DNA of 51,469 nt. It comes from Cyanobacteria bacterium P01_A01_bin.123 (GTDB lineage Bacteria; Cyanobacteriota; Cyanobacteriia; Phormidesmidales; Phormidesmidaceae). The stretch is from the NCBI GenBank assembly GCA_039815185.1, contig JBCBZT010000055.1, positions 1-51,469 on the forward strand, written 5' to 3'. Below are positions 50,375 through 51,469 of this stretch, piece after piece; within the stretch, counting starts at the first letter, position 1; every line of letters starts with the position of its first letter. Made by a program: the position numbers and the translations under genes. The notes under the pieces are model-generated. The model was given only the letters and a program-made list of their open reading frames with translations. It did not search any database and was not told where the DNA came from.

Positions 50375-50432
50375 AGTAGTTACTATAGGGTAACTACTTT
50401 ACTTTTGTAAGTAGTTACTTTTAGTATCTACT
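50375..50432. promoter_or_regulatory. Tandem inverted-repeat operators in the divergent HxlR/flavodoxin promoter
   Basis: AGTAGTTAC-N6-GTAACTACT (50375-50398) and AGTAGTTAC-N5-GTATCTACT (50410-50432). Confidence 0.75.
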
Positions 50433-50464
50433 CGAAGCTCAATTAAAAACTCAATGAGGGCACC

Positions 50465-51073
50465 ATGACAACCACCGCAATTGTTTATTTTTCTGGTTCG
50501 GGGCATACGCACTTGATGGCAGAAGCGATCGCTACGGGTGCCCGTAAAGGCGGCAATGATGTTGAGCTGCTGCGCATTACCGGGGAGCAAATTACGCAGG
50601 GGCGTTGGCAAGACGATCAGATGATGGCAAAACTCAACCAAGCTGATGCGATCGTGTTTGGTTCGCCCACTTATATGGGGGGTGTAGCGGCGCAATTTAA
50701 GGCGTTTATCGATGCTGCCAGTTCCGCCTGGTTTGAGCAAGCGTGGAAAGATAAAATTGCGGCTGGGTTTACCCACTCCAGTTCCCTTAGCGGTGACAAG
50801 CAGGGCACATTACTTTACCTGGCGACCAATGCTGCCCAGCATGCCATGTTGTGGCTAAATGTTGGTGATATGCCCAGCCAGTATTTGGGTAAGACCGATG
50901 GGGTCAACCGCCTAGGGTCATTCCTCGGTGTGATGGGGCAAAGCCCAATGAAAATGAATGGGGAAGACGCAGCCCTAGACCCTGGCGATCGCTTGACGGC
51001 TGAAAATCTTGGTCAACGCGTTGCTGAGGCCGCAACTCGATGGAATCTCCAAAAGACCCCCGTTGCAGTCTAA
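50465..51073 (+). CDS. Flavodoxin-family (WrbA-like) NAD(P)H-dependent FMN oxidoreductase
   Basis: VYFSGSGHT, IVFGSPTYMG, WKDKIAAGFT, SGDK, VNRLGSFLG. Confidence 0.92.
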   Translation: MTTTAIVYFSGSGHTHLMAEAIATGARKGGNDVELLRITGEQITQGRWQDDQMMAKLNQADAIVFGSPTYMGGVAAQFKAFIDAASSAWFEQAWKDKIAAGFTHSSSLSGDKQGTLLYLATNAAQHAMLWLNVGDMPSQYLGKTDGVNRLGSFLGVMGQSPMKMNGEDAALDPGDRLTAENLGQRVAEAATRWNLQKTPVAV

Positions 51074-51118
51074 TTTCAACTGCTCGGGATCAATTTGGGT
51101 CGCAGGGTGTGCCACGTA

Positions 51119-51276
51119 AAAATTGTGAACTAGCACCCGGGAATGTTGCAGTGCGTTTCTGAGCTGGGGTGTGGGGGACGGAGTTTTCGATTAAACTGCC
51201 GATTAAACACCCGAAATCCCTTGCCTCTGGCTCAGACATGACCTTAATGGTTACCCTGGAGAATCGTCAGGCATAG
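51119..51276 (+). pseudogene. Displaced, decayed duplicate of the 3' end of the histidine kinase gene
   Basis: 51119-51219 aligns with 49791-49895 (GGAATGTTGCAGTGCGTT...GAGTTTTC.ATTAAA.TGCC.ATTAAACACC); in-frame TAG and a +2 indel; frame closes at TAG 51274-51276. Confidence 0.9.
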
Positions 51277-51469
51277 GGCGTGGGAGCGTGTGGGGTAAGT
51301 TTATTTTATGAATAGCTGCGTCCGCTGAGTACCTGGGAGATAAGCTTTTGGGGGGTGAGCCTGTAGCCCTTTTAGAGGGGGCCTTGAAGATCTTGACAAC
51401 TGATTCAGGAAACAGCATTGGTCACCCTTGGAAGACTCGACTGAAAACTGCCATTTCGCTAGTCGTGGC

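Overview
Chromosomal window from a cyanobacterium. HIP1 octamers (GCGATCGC) are abundant and the gene set (CpcD-fused petH, pilMNOQ, ccdA-ccs1, a cyanobacteriochrome kinase, a PEP-CTERM protein) suggests a filamentous, probably Leptolyngbya-like lineage. Most of the window is housekeeping: ftsW-ccdA-ccs1, GT2-cobD-hup, pilMNOQ, petH, amidase, rnc, purK, htpX, sfsA, hrcA, rbp, ureA/ureB, chrA and a CbiX/SirB chelatase. I saw no rRNA, tRNA, CRISPR array, integrase or transposase. The interesting signal lies between genes. (1) What looks like only the 5' ~70 nt of the 6S RNA gene, at its usual position downstream of purK, is fused to a 5'-truncated, frameshifted Uma2 nuclease gene. (2) A 73-92 bp TA-ended MITE-like dispersed repeat has at least 5 full and several degenerate copies, sits on stop codons and has a swappable REP-like core. 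(3) Two integrase-free cassettes (MntA-HepT toxin-antitoxin; HxlR plus flavodoxin) are each bracketed by a diverged duplicate of the last ~100 bp of the upstream gene. (4) A cytoplasmic S41 peptidase gene sits between ureA and ureB and is translationally coupled to ureB. All family names come from motif recognition and recall, not from database searches.
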